64,000 nt of DNA from a virus. Positions within the stretch are counted from its first letter, which is position 1. The number at the start of each line of letters is the position of its first letter. The DNA is taken from the IMG/VR virus record IMGVR_UViG_3300042891_002337, positions 11,599 to 75,598 of that record, one strand, 5' to 3'. The notes under the pieces are model-generated. The model did no database searches and was not told the DNA's origin. It saw nothing but the letters and a program-made list of their open reading frames with translations. Of the stretch, positions 34,941-45,400 are shown one piece after another. Position numbers and translations under genes: made by a program.

Positions 34941-37900
34941 TCATGAAGGAGACTTCTTTTCTAGTTTCTTCTGGAGCTCATCAACGACTTTCTTGATGGC
35001 ATTATCCTTGTCACTTATTGCAGACTGGAATTCAGAAAGAGCTGCTTCCTGAGCGCTTAGCTTCACACTGCTCAAGTTTTTGCTGAAACTAGACTGCAGT
35101 TCACTTCTCCCAGTGTTCAATGGCAATCCTTGAACGTTTGAGATGGCAGCAGTAATGCTGCTGAGTATATTTCTTGATTCACCGCTAGTAGAGTATGAGG
35201 CTCTTGCTTCGTCAACATACTTCGCAGCCAATAGCAGTATTCTATCTGTGGCTTCGTGTACGCCTACAAACAGTCCTGTGCCTGACTTGTAGTAGGCCTC
35301 GCTGAGATCGATGACCTTCTCGCGGCCCATTGCATCTTCGACTGAGACTCTAAATGGTTGACAGTCTGCATTTTGTTCAGCATTACGTGACCTTCCATTG
35401 ATTGAGTTAATGAACTTCTTCCACAGAGTGTCAAGTACTTTATTGTAATCTTCAATAGCAGCCTTCTCGGCGTCACTCAGCGTTTGCCTCTTTGCTTGCT
35501 CGTCTTTCTGATGCTGTATGGCTATGTCCCTAGCGGCCTTTTGTTCCCTTACTCTATCTTCCTGAAGCTGTTGCTGCCTCTTCTCCTCTTCAATCAGTTT
35601 CTTCTGTGCGTCCTCCTGCATCCATCTAGAGAGGGCATTTGACATGTCTGTACCTGCAGACCTGAACGTAGCGTAAGAATCTCCTGTGTTCAACAGCTTT
35701 GATGAAGTCGTGAAGGTACCAGGACTCAGTGTGTGGTCAACTGTGCTTATTGTGTAGATTCCGTCCAATGATGTCATAGTGTCAAGGTCGACGAAGAAAG
35801 ACTGCATTGGGTTCAAGAGAGGACAGCCGATCATTTCTACACTCATCTCAGCGGGAGTAATCCTCATAGGAATTCCTCTCAACTGGTCTGCGTTTGCTGG
35901 ATCTAACGCACTTGACTGTCCGCCTGCCGTGAGGGCGACGGTCGTAAGAGCTGGGTCTGACAGAGATGAGACTCCGATACTGTTTATTGCTCCGGCTCCT
36001 TGGCCATACCTGATAGTTGGCATTCCCTTAGAGACAAGCCTTTTGAGGGACTTTGCATCAGTAATTGAATTCTTTTGATCGATTGGTGTCTTATTTTCAT
36101 CAGTCTTAGCGGTGGGTGCCTTTGACTCAGCAAGAGCAGGCTTCAAGACTCCCTTGTCTGTCAGGTACTTGTTCAATTTTGCGATGTCACTGCCAACAGA
36201 CTTTGCCTCTGGTATGTTTGTGGACATGGGATGGTCAGGGTTGATATCAACCGATGAGAAGATCTTGTCCGCAGTGTCTCTAGCGCTCCTCAGCATATCG
36301 ACGTAGCTCGCGTGCGTTATGGACCTGCTGTCAGTCACATGAATTCTCAGGATAGGCTGAGAATTTGATCCCATGACACACTCGGAATAGAGTGAGATGG
36401 ACGGCTTCATATAGACACCGTCCTTGATCCCGGCTGCGTTTATAACTTTAGACTGCTTCTCAAGGATTGTAGAATCTACCTTGTCCTTGTCTGACTTTGG
36501 CATGAACTTGCTGAATCCGTAAGCGAAAGATGAATCATTTCCAATGTGCTTCTCGTTCAACATCGTGATAAAATCGCCAATAGACATCTTTGGCTTCTGC
36601 TTCAAAAAGTCGGTAACATCCTTCTTCAGGATTTCATAGTCAAGTGGATGACGAGCAATGGAGACTGATCTCATGAATGAGGCTCGCCTGTTGTGCGTGT
36701 GAAAGATGAGCTGCACCTCTGCAAACTGTCCAGTCGAAGCAAGTGGTGCAGCTATGAAAGCATACAGGACCTTGCCAAGAGAGACGCAAGGTTTACTCAC
36801 GCTTAATGAATCCTTTGCGCCAGGATTTCCCGGTGGAATGGTGACGCTTGAACTTGGTGAACCTGAAGATGTGAATGAGATTGGAAATATCTCTTGACTC
36901 TGGTAGAGATTCTCAAGCTTTTTCACGCCTTGCGCTGAGGAGCTTTCCTGTGCTTGTTTGACTGTCTGGAGAAGCCTTTGAATCTCGACACCAACCTTGC
37001 CAGCCTCTGATGGAGACTTGGCGAGCAAGTCAACATTCTTCTTAATCTCTTCGTATTTTTCAAGGTTCATCGAAAGTGCAGCGTCAGCTGACCCTATTCC
37101 TCCCATAATCACTTCTGGGAATGCCGTCTTCAGGGTGGATGTATCAGTCCCGCTTGATTCAATGTCATTGAATTGCTTGTTGATCTTCTTCACAAGCTCT
37201 TCTACAATCCGCACGCTCTCTTGAACTTCAGTGATCGATGTGTCAAGTGCAAACAGCCCGACCTGACTCTTGGATACAAGCTGTAGACTGATATTCACCT
37301 GTCCTGAGTCTGCAAAGTTGTAGCTTACGTTGTATGCCTCGTATGCTTCTCTTACTCGCATGCTGTTGAGAAATGCACCAATTGGATTGACGAAACCCCT
37401 TCCTGATGTTGTCTTCTTGCCATCTGGATGCGACCATCCGTACTCAAGGTAGAAAGTGGTCTTGTCTGTGCCGGCAAAGATCTCCGGCCTCAATAGGGGT
37501 GCGATTAGATTCATTCTTGACCTGTCGTGGAGGACGATTTCGAGAGTTGCGCTCTTGTAGACGTTCCATCCGCATGCAATGTTTGTTGTAATCTTTGCAT
37601 TCGTGACAGTCATGAACGGTCTTGTCCTGTCAAGCACAGGAGTCGTAAAATTCTGGAGGTTTGACCTCTCAGTCATCATTGTCTGAGGGGTCGTGAACAG
37701 TTCCATTCCGCCGCCGCCCATTGAGAGCCTCACGGCATTCTTTCCGTCAGGCTTTGTAGAATCAAAACCGGTAGACAGAGAAATTCCTTCGTCTGCCCCA
37801 TACTTGAGAGACTTTAGGTTTGTAAGGACTTCCTTCTTGTCTCCTTTGAGGAAGCCGATGATATTGAAATAGGGAGGTGTTTCTATCGTTGATCCCTTCT

Positions 37901-38621
37901 TTTCTTTATCTTCCTCATCATCTCCAAAGACAAACTTGGGAGGAACAACGTCCATCTTGAAGTATGGAATGCATCTGGACAGTTCAAGTGATGTAGCAAT
38001 TGATGTGAATGCTGCAACCTCCTTGGTGTCACGTGAAGTTGGACCAAAGCCAGGTTTCAGGATCTCTATGACGCTGCAAGACACTCCTGTTCCAATTGAT
38101 GGAATCCCTGAGATCGAATCAGCTTTCATGAATCTAGGCGTCGAATGACACTTCATTGGAACTGAATTCACAAGGTCATAGAATGAAGGTTCACCTTCCT
38201 TGAAGTGAGTCGTGGAACCATTCATCAGGTATTTTAGTTTATCCTTGTCACCTGAGTATGGATGAAGCATCGTTATTCTTATGGCGTTTCTGAGCTCTTC
38301 ACCTGTAGACTTAGTGGTCTCAGCATTTGACATAAGGGCAACAAGGCTGTCTACAATCTCTTTCGTGTACCTGCCGGTCAATCCTTGGTATTCATTCCTT
38401 GGAGTGAGAGACATGATTTCTTTTGCAATCTTTGACACAGGTGCAGAGGTTGCTATTGATGACAGGTCAGGTGCATCTCCCAAAGCTTCCTGGACCTGAG
38501 CAACTTCTCCTGCATACTGCAACATTGCGAGTTCGACATTTGAATAGTTGCCTGTGTATTTTAGCAGCGATTCAAGGTTTTTGTCGTAATCTTCCTTTGT
38601 AATGAATGAGCTTTCAGCCAT
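34941..38621 (-). CDS. large baseplate hub / tail-associated protein
   Basis: 1226 aa; LEYGWSHP and late G.P......F..D......DGIY.I..V.H.L..G.F.T hub-like motif; position after the LysM gene. Confidence 0.65.
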   Translation of the reverse strand: MAESSFITKEDYDKNLESLLKYTGNYSNVELAMLQYAGEVAQVQEALGDAPDLSSIATSAPVSKIAKEIMSLTPRNEYQGLTGRYTKEIVDSLVALMSNAETTKSTGEELRNAIRITMLHPYSGDKDKLKYLMNGSTTHFKEGEPSFYDLVNSVPMKCHSTPRFMKADSISGIPSIGTGVSCSVIEILKPGFGPTSRDTKEVAAFTSIATSLELSRCIPYFKMDVVPPKFVFGDDEEDKEKKGSTIETPPYFNIIGFLKGDKKEVLTNLKSLKYGADEGISLSTGFDSTKPDGKNAVRLSMGGGGMELFTTPQTMMTERSNLQNFTTPVLDRTRPFMTVTNAKITTNIACGWNVYKSATLEIVLHDRSRMNLIAPLLRPEIFAGTDKTTFYLEYGWSHPDGKKTTSGRGFVNPIGAFLNSMRVREAYEAYNVSYNFADSGQVNISLQLVSKSQVGLFALDTSITEVQESVRIVEELVKKINKQFNDIESSGTDTSTLKTAFPEVIMGGIGSADAALSMNLEKYEEIKKNVDLLAKSPSEAGKVGVEIQRLLQTVKQAQESSSAQGVKKLENLYQSQEIFPISFTSSGSPSSSVTIPPGNPGAKDSLSVSKPCVSLGKVLYAFIAAPLASTGQFAEVQLIFHTHNRRASFMRSVSIARHPLDYEILKKDVTDFLKQKPKMSIGDFITMLNEKHIGNDSSFAYGFSKFMPKSDKDKVDSTILEKQSKVINAAGIKDGVYMKPSISLYSECVMGSNSQPILRIHVTDSRSITHASYVDMLRSARDTADKIFSSVDINPDHPMSTNIPEAKSVGSDIAKLNKYLTDKGVLKPALAESKAPTAKTDENKTPIDQKNSITDAKSLKRLVSKGMPTIRYGQGAGAINSIGVSSLSDPALTTVALTAGGQSSALDPANADQLRGIPMRITPAEMSVEMIGCPLLNPMQSFFVDLDTMTSLDGIYTISTVDHTLSPGTFTTSSKLLNTGDSYATFRSAGTDMSNALSRWMQEDAQKKLIEEEKRQQQLQEDRVREQKAARDIAIQHQKDEQAKRQTLSDAEKAAIEDYNKVLDTLWKKFINSINGRSRNAEQNADCQPFRVSVEDAMGREKVIDLSEAYYKSGTGLFVGVHEATDRILLLAAKYVDEARASYSTSGESRNILSSITAAISNVQGLPLNTGRSELQSSFSKNLSSVKLSAQEAALSEFQSAISDKDNAIKKVVDELQKKLEKKSPS

Positions 38622-38902
38622 TACAACTTCTCCATCTGCGACTTGTCAGGAATGGCGACAACAGTTCCAGGTGGGCATTGCAATCCCCACCCGATTCCAC
38701 TTGCTGCTGCAATAACCCACCAAAGAGTAGAGTCACCGTAGTATTTTCCAGCAATCTGGTCGAGCCTCTCTCCTTCTTTGAGAGTTATTATTGTTGTAGA
38801 AAGCTGCCCTGATGCTACAAGGTTTCTAACTGTAGTCGCCATACTTCTGGAGTCAAGGGACTTCCCACCCATAATGGTAAGTGAATTGCTGTATCTTCTC
38901 AT
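38621..38902 (-). CDS. LysM / tail protein X-like baseplate protein
   Basis: EGERLDQIAGKYYGDSTLWWVIAAASGI...PGT...IP. Confidence 0.85.
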   Translation of the reverse strand: MRRYSNSLTIMGGKSLDSRSMATTVRNLVASGQLSTTIITLKEGERLDQIAGKYYGDSTLWWVIAAASGIGWGLQCPPGTVVAIPDKSQMEKL

Positions 38903-41900
38903 ATGAAGTTCTTCTTATATGGTGCTGTAACTGTGTTCTTTGGATTTTCACCTCCAGCAGGCTTGCTCTCTCCCAAGGTGGTTTCATAAGTTCCGTCTTG
39001 TTTCACCCTTGAGATTCCATGTGATCCTCGAGTGAGGTCACCAACAGGGTAAGCCGGGGCGACCATTGCACCCTGGGAGTCAAGACCCATCGGTAGGTCG
39101 TGGATAGGTGCAAACTGCATGGTTATCTTAAGGAAGATGGGTGCCTTGGAGCCGAGGCGGTCAGTCTCCCAGGTGGATTCATTCCAGTCCATTGCCATGG
39201 ATGTGAGAACTCCTGCTAGCCCGTATCCCATTGAAGACTCGAAGGATCGAACTATTGCATTATTGTTGCTGAAGAAGTCACCGATATTTTTTATTTTACC
39301 AGCATCCGGGGCTGGTGGCGATTTTTCTGTTGATGGCAGGAAAATCACCGGAATTAGTTCAGAGCCATCATTCTCGATATCTACATTCGTTTCAAGAAGC
39401 TCCCATGGAACAGCAACATATTTCACCTGATCTGGTTCTTTTTCTTTTGAAGCATCTGCACCTTTAGGTGGTGATGGATCAGCTGCCTGTGATGCACTTG
39501 GATTCACAGGTGTTACAAGTTCGCAGAATGCAACGTTCTTGCGCCCAGAAGCGCTTCCAAGAAGTGTGAGATGATTTGATTCAAAAGTTTCATCAATTTT
39601 TAAGAATTTGACCTGTGTGTTCGGTCGAAGGTGAACCCTGTATGTTGGCTTTAGAATACTGCTTGGCTTGTCTTTAAAGCCAACATAAACACCACCACGA
39701 ATGATTCTTCCTGCAACTGCTCCAGAGAAAGGGTTCATATCAGACGACAGTTTCGGTGAGCCGTCAGTTGAGCTGTCTTTTATCCTTTCAAAGTATGCAC
39801 TGTTTACTTCTCCACCGTCAGTTAAAGATTTCTTAACTTTTTCAAATTGATCATTCGCAATTTGTGGCTCTGCAGAATCTTCATCCTTTGTAATGTGAAA
39901 GGTTCTGTCTTTCTTTCCCAATCCAAAAAGTCTTGCAAGTCCAAACCTGCTGTAATTGCTTGCAATCACGTCACCAACTCTGAGCCTTATCAAAGGAGAT
40001 GATCCGTAGACCTGCGAGAACGGGACCTCAAATTGATTCTTGTTGTCTACGTTCGATGCAAGCTTCCCATCAGTATACTGTGGGTACAGCATAGTCACAA
40101 GTTTGTTGATTTTGTACCACATAACATCATGATCTTTCGGACTCGTGCTCACAACATAAAATGAGAAACCGATAGATCTTGTAGTGTTTTTGTACATCTG
40201 AACCGGATCCTGCCGTCCGAATCCTTCTGCTGCTGTGTAGTTTGCAGTAAAAGAGTCTGACAAGTCCTCAAGGAACGCATGAAAAGAAATGATCTCGTTT
40301 GTGCGTAGATCTCGGAAGTAGAAAGGAACATACTCAGCATCAAGAGCCTTCTCAACCTCTTTTATGCTTTCTTGATCGAAGTAGCCATCATCTGTTACTG
40401 ATTTTCCGCCACTTCCTGCAAGTGGAACTCTTCCTGCAATCCTGTCAACCCAAATTTTTTGAAGATTCTTTTCATCAGAATAAAGCAATGCTGCGCCTCG
40501 AATCATAGATCCAGGCATCAATAGTTTCATAGCAGTCGATGAAGATCTCCAAGACAGTTTATTGCCAGTCTCTCTAGACCTCGACACCCTTCTGATTGCA
40601 CTGTCTCTATATTGCGCAAGATCATTAGGATTGGAAGGTGGCTTCTCAAGAGTTTCTTCTGTTATGTCGACACCGCGAAGAGTCACGGACCCAACATCTA
40701 TGATCCTGTTGACAAATGTGACTAACCTGTTTGTTCTGATAGCTCCAAGGATTGCCATCGCCCCTGCAACTCCACCTCCTCCGGCAGAGAAAGAGTTGAT
40801 GAAAGAATAAAGACCTGTGAGAACTGACCTTGACACCATAACGTAGTAGTCAGGACTCATTGCAAAGTTCAGCAGAGCTTTTCCAACAATCGTGCCTGTA
40901 TCTGCGCCACTTGTCGATATTCCAAGGAAGAGATATGTTCCCTGAAATGCAGCTGCTAATGTTGACACATTGTACGGCTTCTTTGTGCCGAAGACCATTC
41001 CAAGGAGGTCTTCTCCAAATGTAGTGTCTCTCTCTGATCCTGGTGCCAACCTGCCTGTCCTGTAATCAGGTCTATCAAGCTTCTGAATTATGAGAGCTAC
41101 AACAGCAGACCAAACAAGCACTGCCAATATGATTGCAAGCAATGCAGCAAGCGCTGAGAGTATCGTAGTTCCTGACTTGAACAGGTTTCCAAACGGTGAG
41201 TCTACACTGTTCTTATTTCCGTAGGAAAGCCCTGTGTAGATGCCTCCTGTAGTTCCGAGACCATCATCTACCTTTAGGCTTGCTTGGTTCTGATTGATGA
41301 GATGCGACGGAATGAATGTGCTTCCATCAACGTCAACTCCATTTTCTATGTCACCAACAAGGTCGATAGAACCCTTTCCCTCGCGAACACGCATGCCATC
41401 TACACCAATTCGAACATTAGCAGGCGCGAAATTTATCTGGTGACCTACAGTGTTCTTGCCTGCCGAGTAGAACAGGGCGTCCTCGGCGGCCTTCTTCATC
41501 TCAGCTATCTTTTCAAGTGATGATGTGAAGTCATCACCTTCAAAATTTTTACTTACCTTGCCTGCTGTAAAGAAAGAATCCCTTGTGTAGATATTGTCTC
41601 TTAAAACGGAACTGATACCGCTTTTCAGTCTCTTTGATGTCTCAGAACTTCGTAAAGAGTTGATTGTCCCCGCAACAGCTGATGTAGGATCTTCTATTGG
41701 ATCTTGGTCAAGTTTCAAAATCTCATCTGCCCTGTGGCCACCTATTACTGAATTCAGGACACGATGCCTTTCGATATCTGACGTATCATCACGTATGATT
41801 TTATCCCGGCTTACAGGTCCGCCCTTTGTGCTCCACTCCTTGTAAGCGCTGTCATTTTCGGTTACAAAAGATTCCTGATCCGAAGAAATCTGTGACAGGA

Positions 41901-42144
41901 CATCTCGATTGAGGATCAAGTCATCAGAAGTCTCAGAGATTGGAAATGCATTCGATCTCGGTGGGTTGTACTGAGCTTTTCTCGATGGGAATATCTTGTC
42001 ATCAGACTGCTTCCCTTTGGTCCTCTCGCTCAGGTACTTGCCCAGTGTGATCCTGTTTTGCTTGCTCAGGTCGAGTCCGTTCTCGTTTGCCTGGGGCACG
42101 AAGAGGGCGGCGTCCACATTCGGATCGTTGTTCTTGATTGACAT
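38899..42144 (-). CDS. baseplate / tube-initiator-like protein with a hydrophobic segment
   Basis: PFYFRDLR...FHAFL..LSDSF.A.Y....FGRQDPV..YKNTTRSI.FSF...PLIRLRVGD; position after the tape measure. Confidence 0.65.
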   Translation of the reverse strand: MSIKNNDPNVDAALFVPQANENGLDLSKQNRITLGKYLSERTKGKQSDDKIFPSRKAQYNPPRSNAFPISETSDDLILNRDVLSQISSDQESFVTENDSAYKEWSTKGGPVSRDKIIRDDTSDIERHRVLNSVIGGHRADEILKLDQDPIEDPTSAVAGTINSLRSSETSKRLKSGISSVLRDNIYTRDSFFTAGKVSKNFEGDDFTSSLEKIAEMKKAAEDALFYSAGKNTVGHQINFAPANVRIGVDGMRVREGKGSIDLVGDIENGVDVDGSTFIPSHLINQNQASLKVDDGLGTTGGIYTGLSYGNKNSVDSPFGNLFKSGTTILSALAALLAIILAVLVWSAVVALIIQKLDRPDYRTGRLAPGSERDTTFGEDLLGMVFGTKKPYNVSTLAAAFQGTYLFLGISTSGADTGTIVGKALLNFAMSPDYYVMVSRSVLTGLYSFINSFSAGGGGVAGAMAILGAIRTNRLVTFVNRIIDVGSVTLRGVDITEETLEKPPSNPNDLAQYRDSAIRRVSRSRETGNKLSWRSSSTAMKLLMPGSMIRGAALLYSDEKNLQKIWVDRIAGRVPLAGSGGKSVTDDGYFDQESIKEVEKALDAEYVPFYFRDLRTNEIISFHAFLEDLSDSFTANYTAAEGFGRQDPVQMYKNTTRSIGFSFYVVSTSPKDHDVMWYKINKLVTMLYPQYTDGKLASNVDNKNQFEVPFSQVYGSSPLIRLRVGDVIASNYSRFGLARLFGLGKKDRTFHITKDEDSAEPQIANDQFEKVKKSLTDGGEVNSAYFERIKDSSTDGSPKLSSDMNPFSGAVAGRIIRGGVYVGFKDKPSSILKPTYRVHLRPNTQVKFLKIDETFESNHLTLLGSASGRKNVAFCELVTPVNPSASQAADPSPPKGADASKEKEPDQVKYVAVPWELLETNVDIENDGSELIPVIFLPSTEKSPPAPDAGKIKNIGDFFSNNNAIVRSFESSMGYGLAGVLTSMAMDWNESTWETDRLGSKAPIFLKITMQFAPIHDLPMGLDSQGAMVAPAYPVGDLTRGSHGISRVKQDGTYETTLGESKPAGGENPKNTVTAPYKKNFI

Positions 42145-42174
42145 GTTAATATGTAGGTGGACCTGACTTTTCTG

Positions 42175-42384
42175 TTAGGTCTGTTCCCTAAGAAGCTTCT
42201 CCAATTGAGTCGGATTCATGCTGTCAAGTGCAGGCATCATGGTCGATATCTTTCCCTGAATTGTAGTAGAAACTTCCTTTATCATTCTCATGCCCTCTTC
42301 TTTTTCTTCCGGAGATGCCTGCTCCAGCATCGCCTTGACAATCGGATTGTTCATAATCTCATTAATAACGTTTGGATTTCTCAT
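42175..42384 (-). CDS. small hypothetical protein
   Basis: 69-aa ORF with GGAG RBS. Confidence 0.55.
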   Translation of the reverse strand: MRNPNVINEIMNNPIVKAMLEQASPEEKEEGMRMIKEVSTTIQGKISTMMPALDSMNPTQLEKLLREQT

Positions 42385-42413
42385 TGACTCATCTCCACAT
42401 TGTCACAGAATTA

Positions 42414-45400
42414 TCACATTGGGCGTGGACCTGTTTGCTTCGGTCCAACGCCAGGAGTTCCTGGCGGGGCTGACTGTTCCTGCCTTGTCTTTACCTGACC
42501 CAGCACCAATGAGAGGTCGGCAGCATCCATGGTCAGGTTGATCTGCACGTTGATATTGATTGGCTTGTTATCGATAGTGAGCTTTTCAGGTGAGATTGCG
42601 AGGAGCTTTCCTATCTTTTCAATCCTGGCATTCATATTGATGTTCTCAATGCCAGCGAGCTGCTCATCAATCATGTTGATTTGATCAACAGTTTTCAGGA
42701 TCAATTCAGTGTAACTGTCACTGGAGATCTCACGCATCGTGTCGATGGAACCCTGAATTCCATCAAGGTACAGGCCCAAGTTAGAAAGTGCTTGGAATCC
42801 AGCCTCAATCCCAGCAAACTTTTCAGTGGTGAACGTTGGAAGGCTGTTGAATGCCGTTAGGACTATGTTCAGGTTTGCAGCCGCTGCATTGATGTAATTT
42901 CCTACAGTACCCCTCATGTTCATCAGTTCGCTTGCTCGACTCTCCAAAGACCTCTCAAAGAAAGACGTTGTGAATGCGTTGAGGAGCCTCTCAACACCAA
43001 TCATCATTGATGTCGTCACATTCTCAATTGCTGTTATCTTTTCCTCAATCGTCCCGACGGTAGCAGTCGGTGAGGGGATCATGTTGAAAGCACTGACAAT
43101 TTGTACGATTGCACCGCTGAGAACATTAATCACTCTGGTCACGGCGCCGGCCTTCGACTCAAATGATGCTGTGTTCGCCTCTGTAACGGCAGCCTCTCCT
43201 ATTCCCTTTGTGGTCTCGGTTATCGAGTTCATGACTCCGGTGAGCCGTGTGACCTGCTCCCATATCATTGTCATGACGCTTCCAACATTCGTAACACGCT
43301 GCTTGATTTCTTCGGCTGTTCCTGGTATCGATATGCTGAGGAACATGTCGGCCATCCCCTTCACGACTGGTAGGAGCTCTTCGATCACTTTCTTCACAGC
43401 ATTCGACTTAATCAGGAAGTCTGCCTTCAACTTGACAAAGTCATCACCCTCTGGGAACAGGGCCAGCATGTTCTGAATTGCTGTGACGATTGTTGAGATC
43501 GCTGCACCCACACCTTCAGCCTTGTCCTTCACCGTTTTCGGGTCACCTGTTATGTTGATCTCATTGAACTTTTCCATGAGACCCGGCAACATGTTCTTCA
43601 ATTTGTCGAACACTATCTGAAACGGACCGCCTTCTCCCATGAATGTGATGACCTTGTCCATGTCAACAAACGTGTTTTCGTACTTGGAGGACTCCAGCGT
43701 AGCTCCTGTGAGCATTGCAAAGTTTGCCTTTCCTGATTCTCCCTTCTGCGTCGTCTTGCCTAGAGCAGCGGCAGCTTGGGCTATTGATCCGAAGGCACCG
43801 GCAAGATCACCTATCGCTCCTACCATCTTACCAACCATCTCTGCCTTTGCTGACATGGACTTGATCTGCTTCTCTGACATCGCTGCTGTCATCTTGTCTA
43901 TTGTTTCCATGATGAGCGGCAGAGTGTCGATTACAGCATAGAATATGCCGTTCTTGTTTGGTCCCAGCAGGAAGTCCTTGAGTGCGTCAAGTTGACTGGC
44001 AGCCGTGACTCCAACCTTTGTCGTGACCCCAAGGCTGGATCTTTCCTCAGCTGAACCAGAGAACGAACTGATGCCTGATGTGAGCGATGTGATGAGGTTT
44101 GAGATCGGGTCAAGCATGGCGGCAACAAGCTCGGCCCTCTTAAAGTCTGACTCTGTGTACGATGGAATTCGAGAAGCTGCATCGAATATTGTCCTGATTG
44201 ACACAGCAAGGGAGAACAGGATAGTTTGGAAGAATCCTGCAATTGAGTCCAGCTGAGTCTTGAGTGTCTGAGCATCCTCTTCATCTGTCGTGAACCAGCC
44301 GTCTGACCTTGCAATTGTCATCTTGACTATCTCAAAGAGAGGATCAAGTAGGCCGAACACCTTCTCAAGGACCTGGACTTTCTTGAAAGTTGTTCCTGGG
44401 TCGAAAGGCGCCTTGTTTATCTCTTCAAGCATGTTCGCCATGATTGGAATGACACCAATCATCATCGTGGCCAGGCCTATAATTCCTGCTCCAATCATGT
44501 AAAGAGTCGCTGGATTTACGAGTAGGAATCCAATACCAAGAGCAAGTGCAACCATCGCTGCCATTGCAGCTATTATCAGTGTCATTGCGCCTATGGTGGA
44601 AGCTCCTTTCCATGCCTCCTCAGGTGTCGGCGCAATTGCCATAAATGCCTTCAAGCCAAGAGCAAGAACAGCAAGGGCGGCCAGTATTACGACTGATCCG
44701 ACCATGAGCCCTATTGCAATCTGTCCTGCTATTGCCGGAGTTACGACTGTCGAGAGTAGATAACCCAGCCCTGCAATTGCCATGAGTGACCCAATAGTCA
44801 CAAGCATTGCAAGTGATAACAGTGTGATCTTCATTGGATCAAGACCAAAGCTCTCAAAGAGGATAACCAATCCGCCCATCGCAGCCATTAGAATAGAAGA
44901 TGCAGTAAGGATCGCTAAGCCTGTGATTCCCAACGACATCGCAGACTTCATTCCCTTTGCCGGGGTCGGCAAAAATCCTGCTGCGTAGGATATCGCTGTT
45001 ATTCCAAGAACTGTTGCGACAACCATCCCAAGACCAAGGGCTACGGCTGCAACACCTCCTGGGACAAGTGCAAGAATTGCACCAATGCCTGCCATGATTG
45101 CCATCAATCCTGCGGCAGCCGTGAGGATAGGATAAGTTCCTTTGATTTTTTCAGCAGTTTTTAATGACTGGCCCTTGGTTGGAAGTGTATTCGCAACCAT
45201 TGAGATTCCAGCAATCGCAAGTATCGCTCCTCCGAGAGCGAGCAAACCAACGATGATGGGTGCAATGCCAACAGTGAGGATTACCTTCCCAACAACAAAC
45301 AAAGCAGCAAGGAATCCAATGAGAGGAGGAATCAAATGCCTGACGATTGCCCAGAGGTTCTGACCTGCTTTCTTGATATCATCTGGTTTGAGATCAATGA

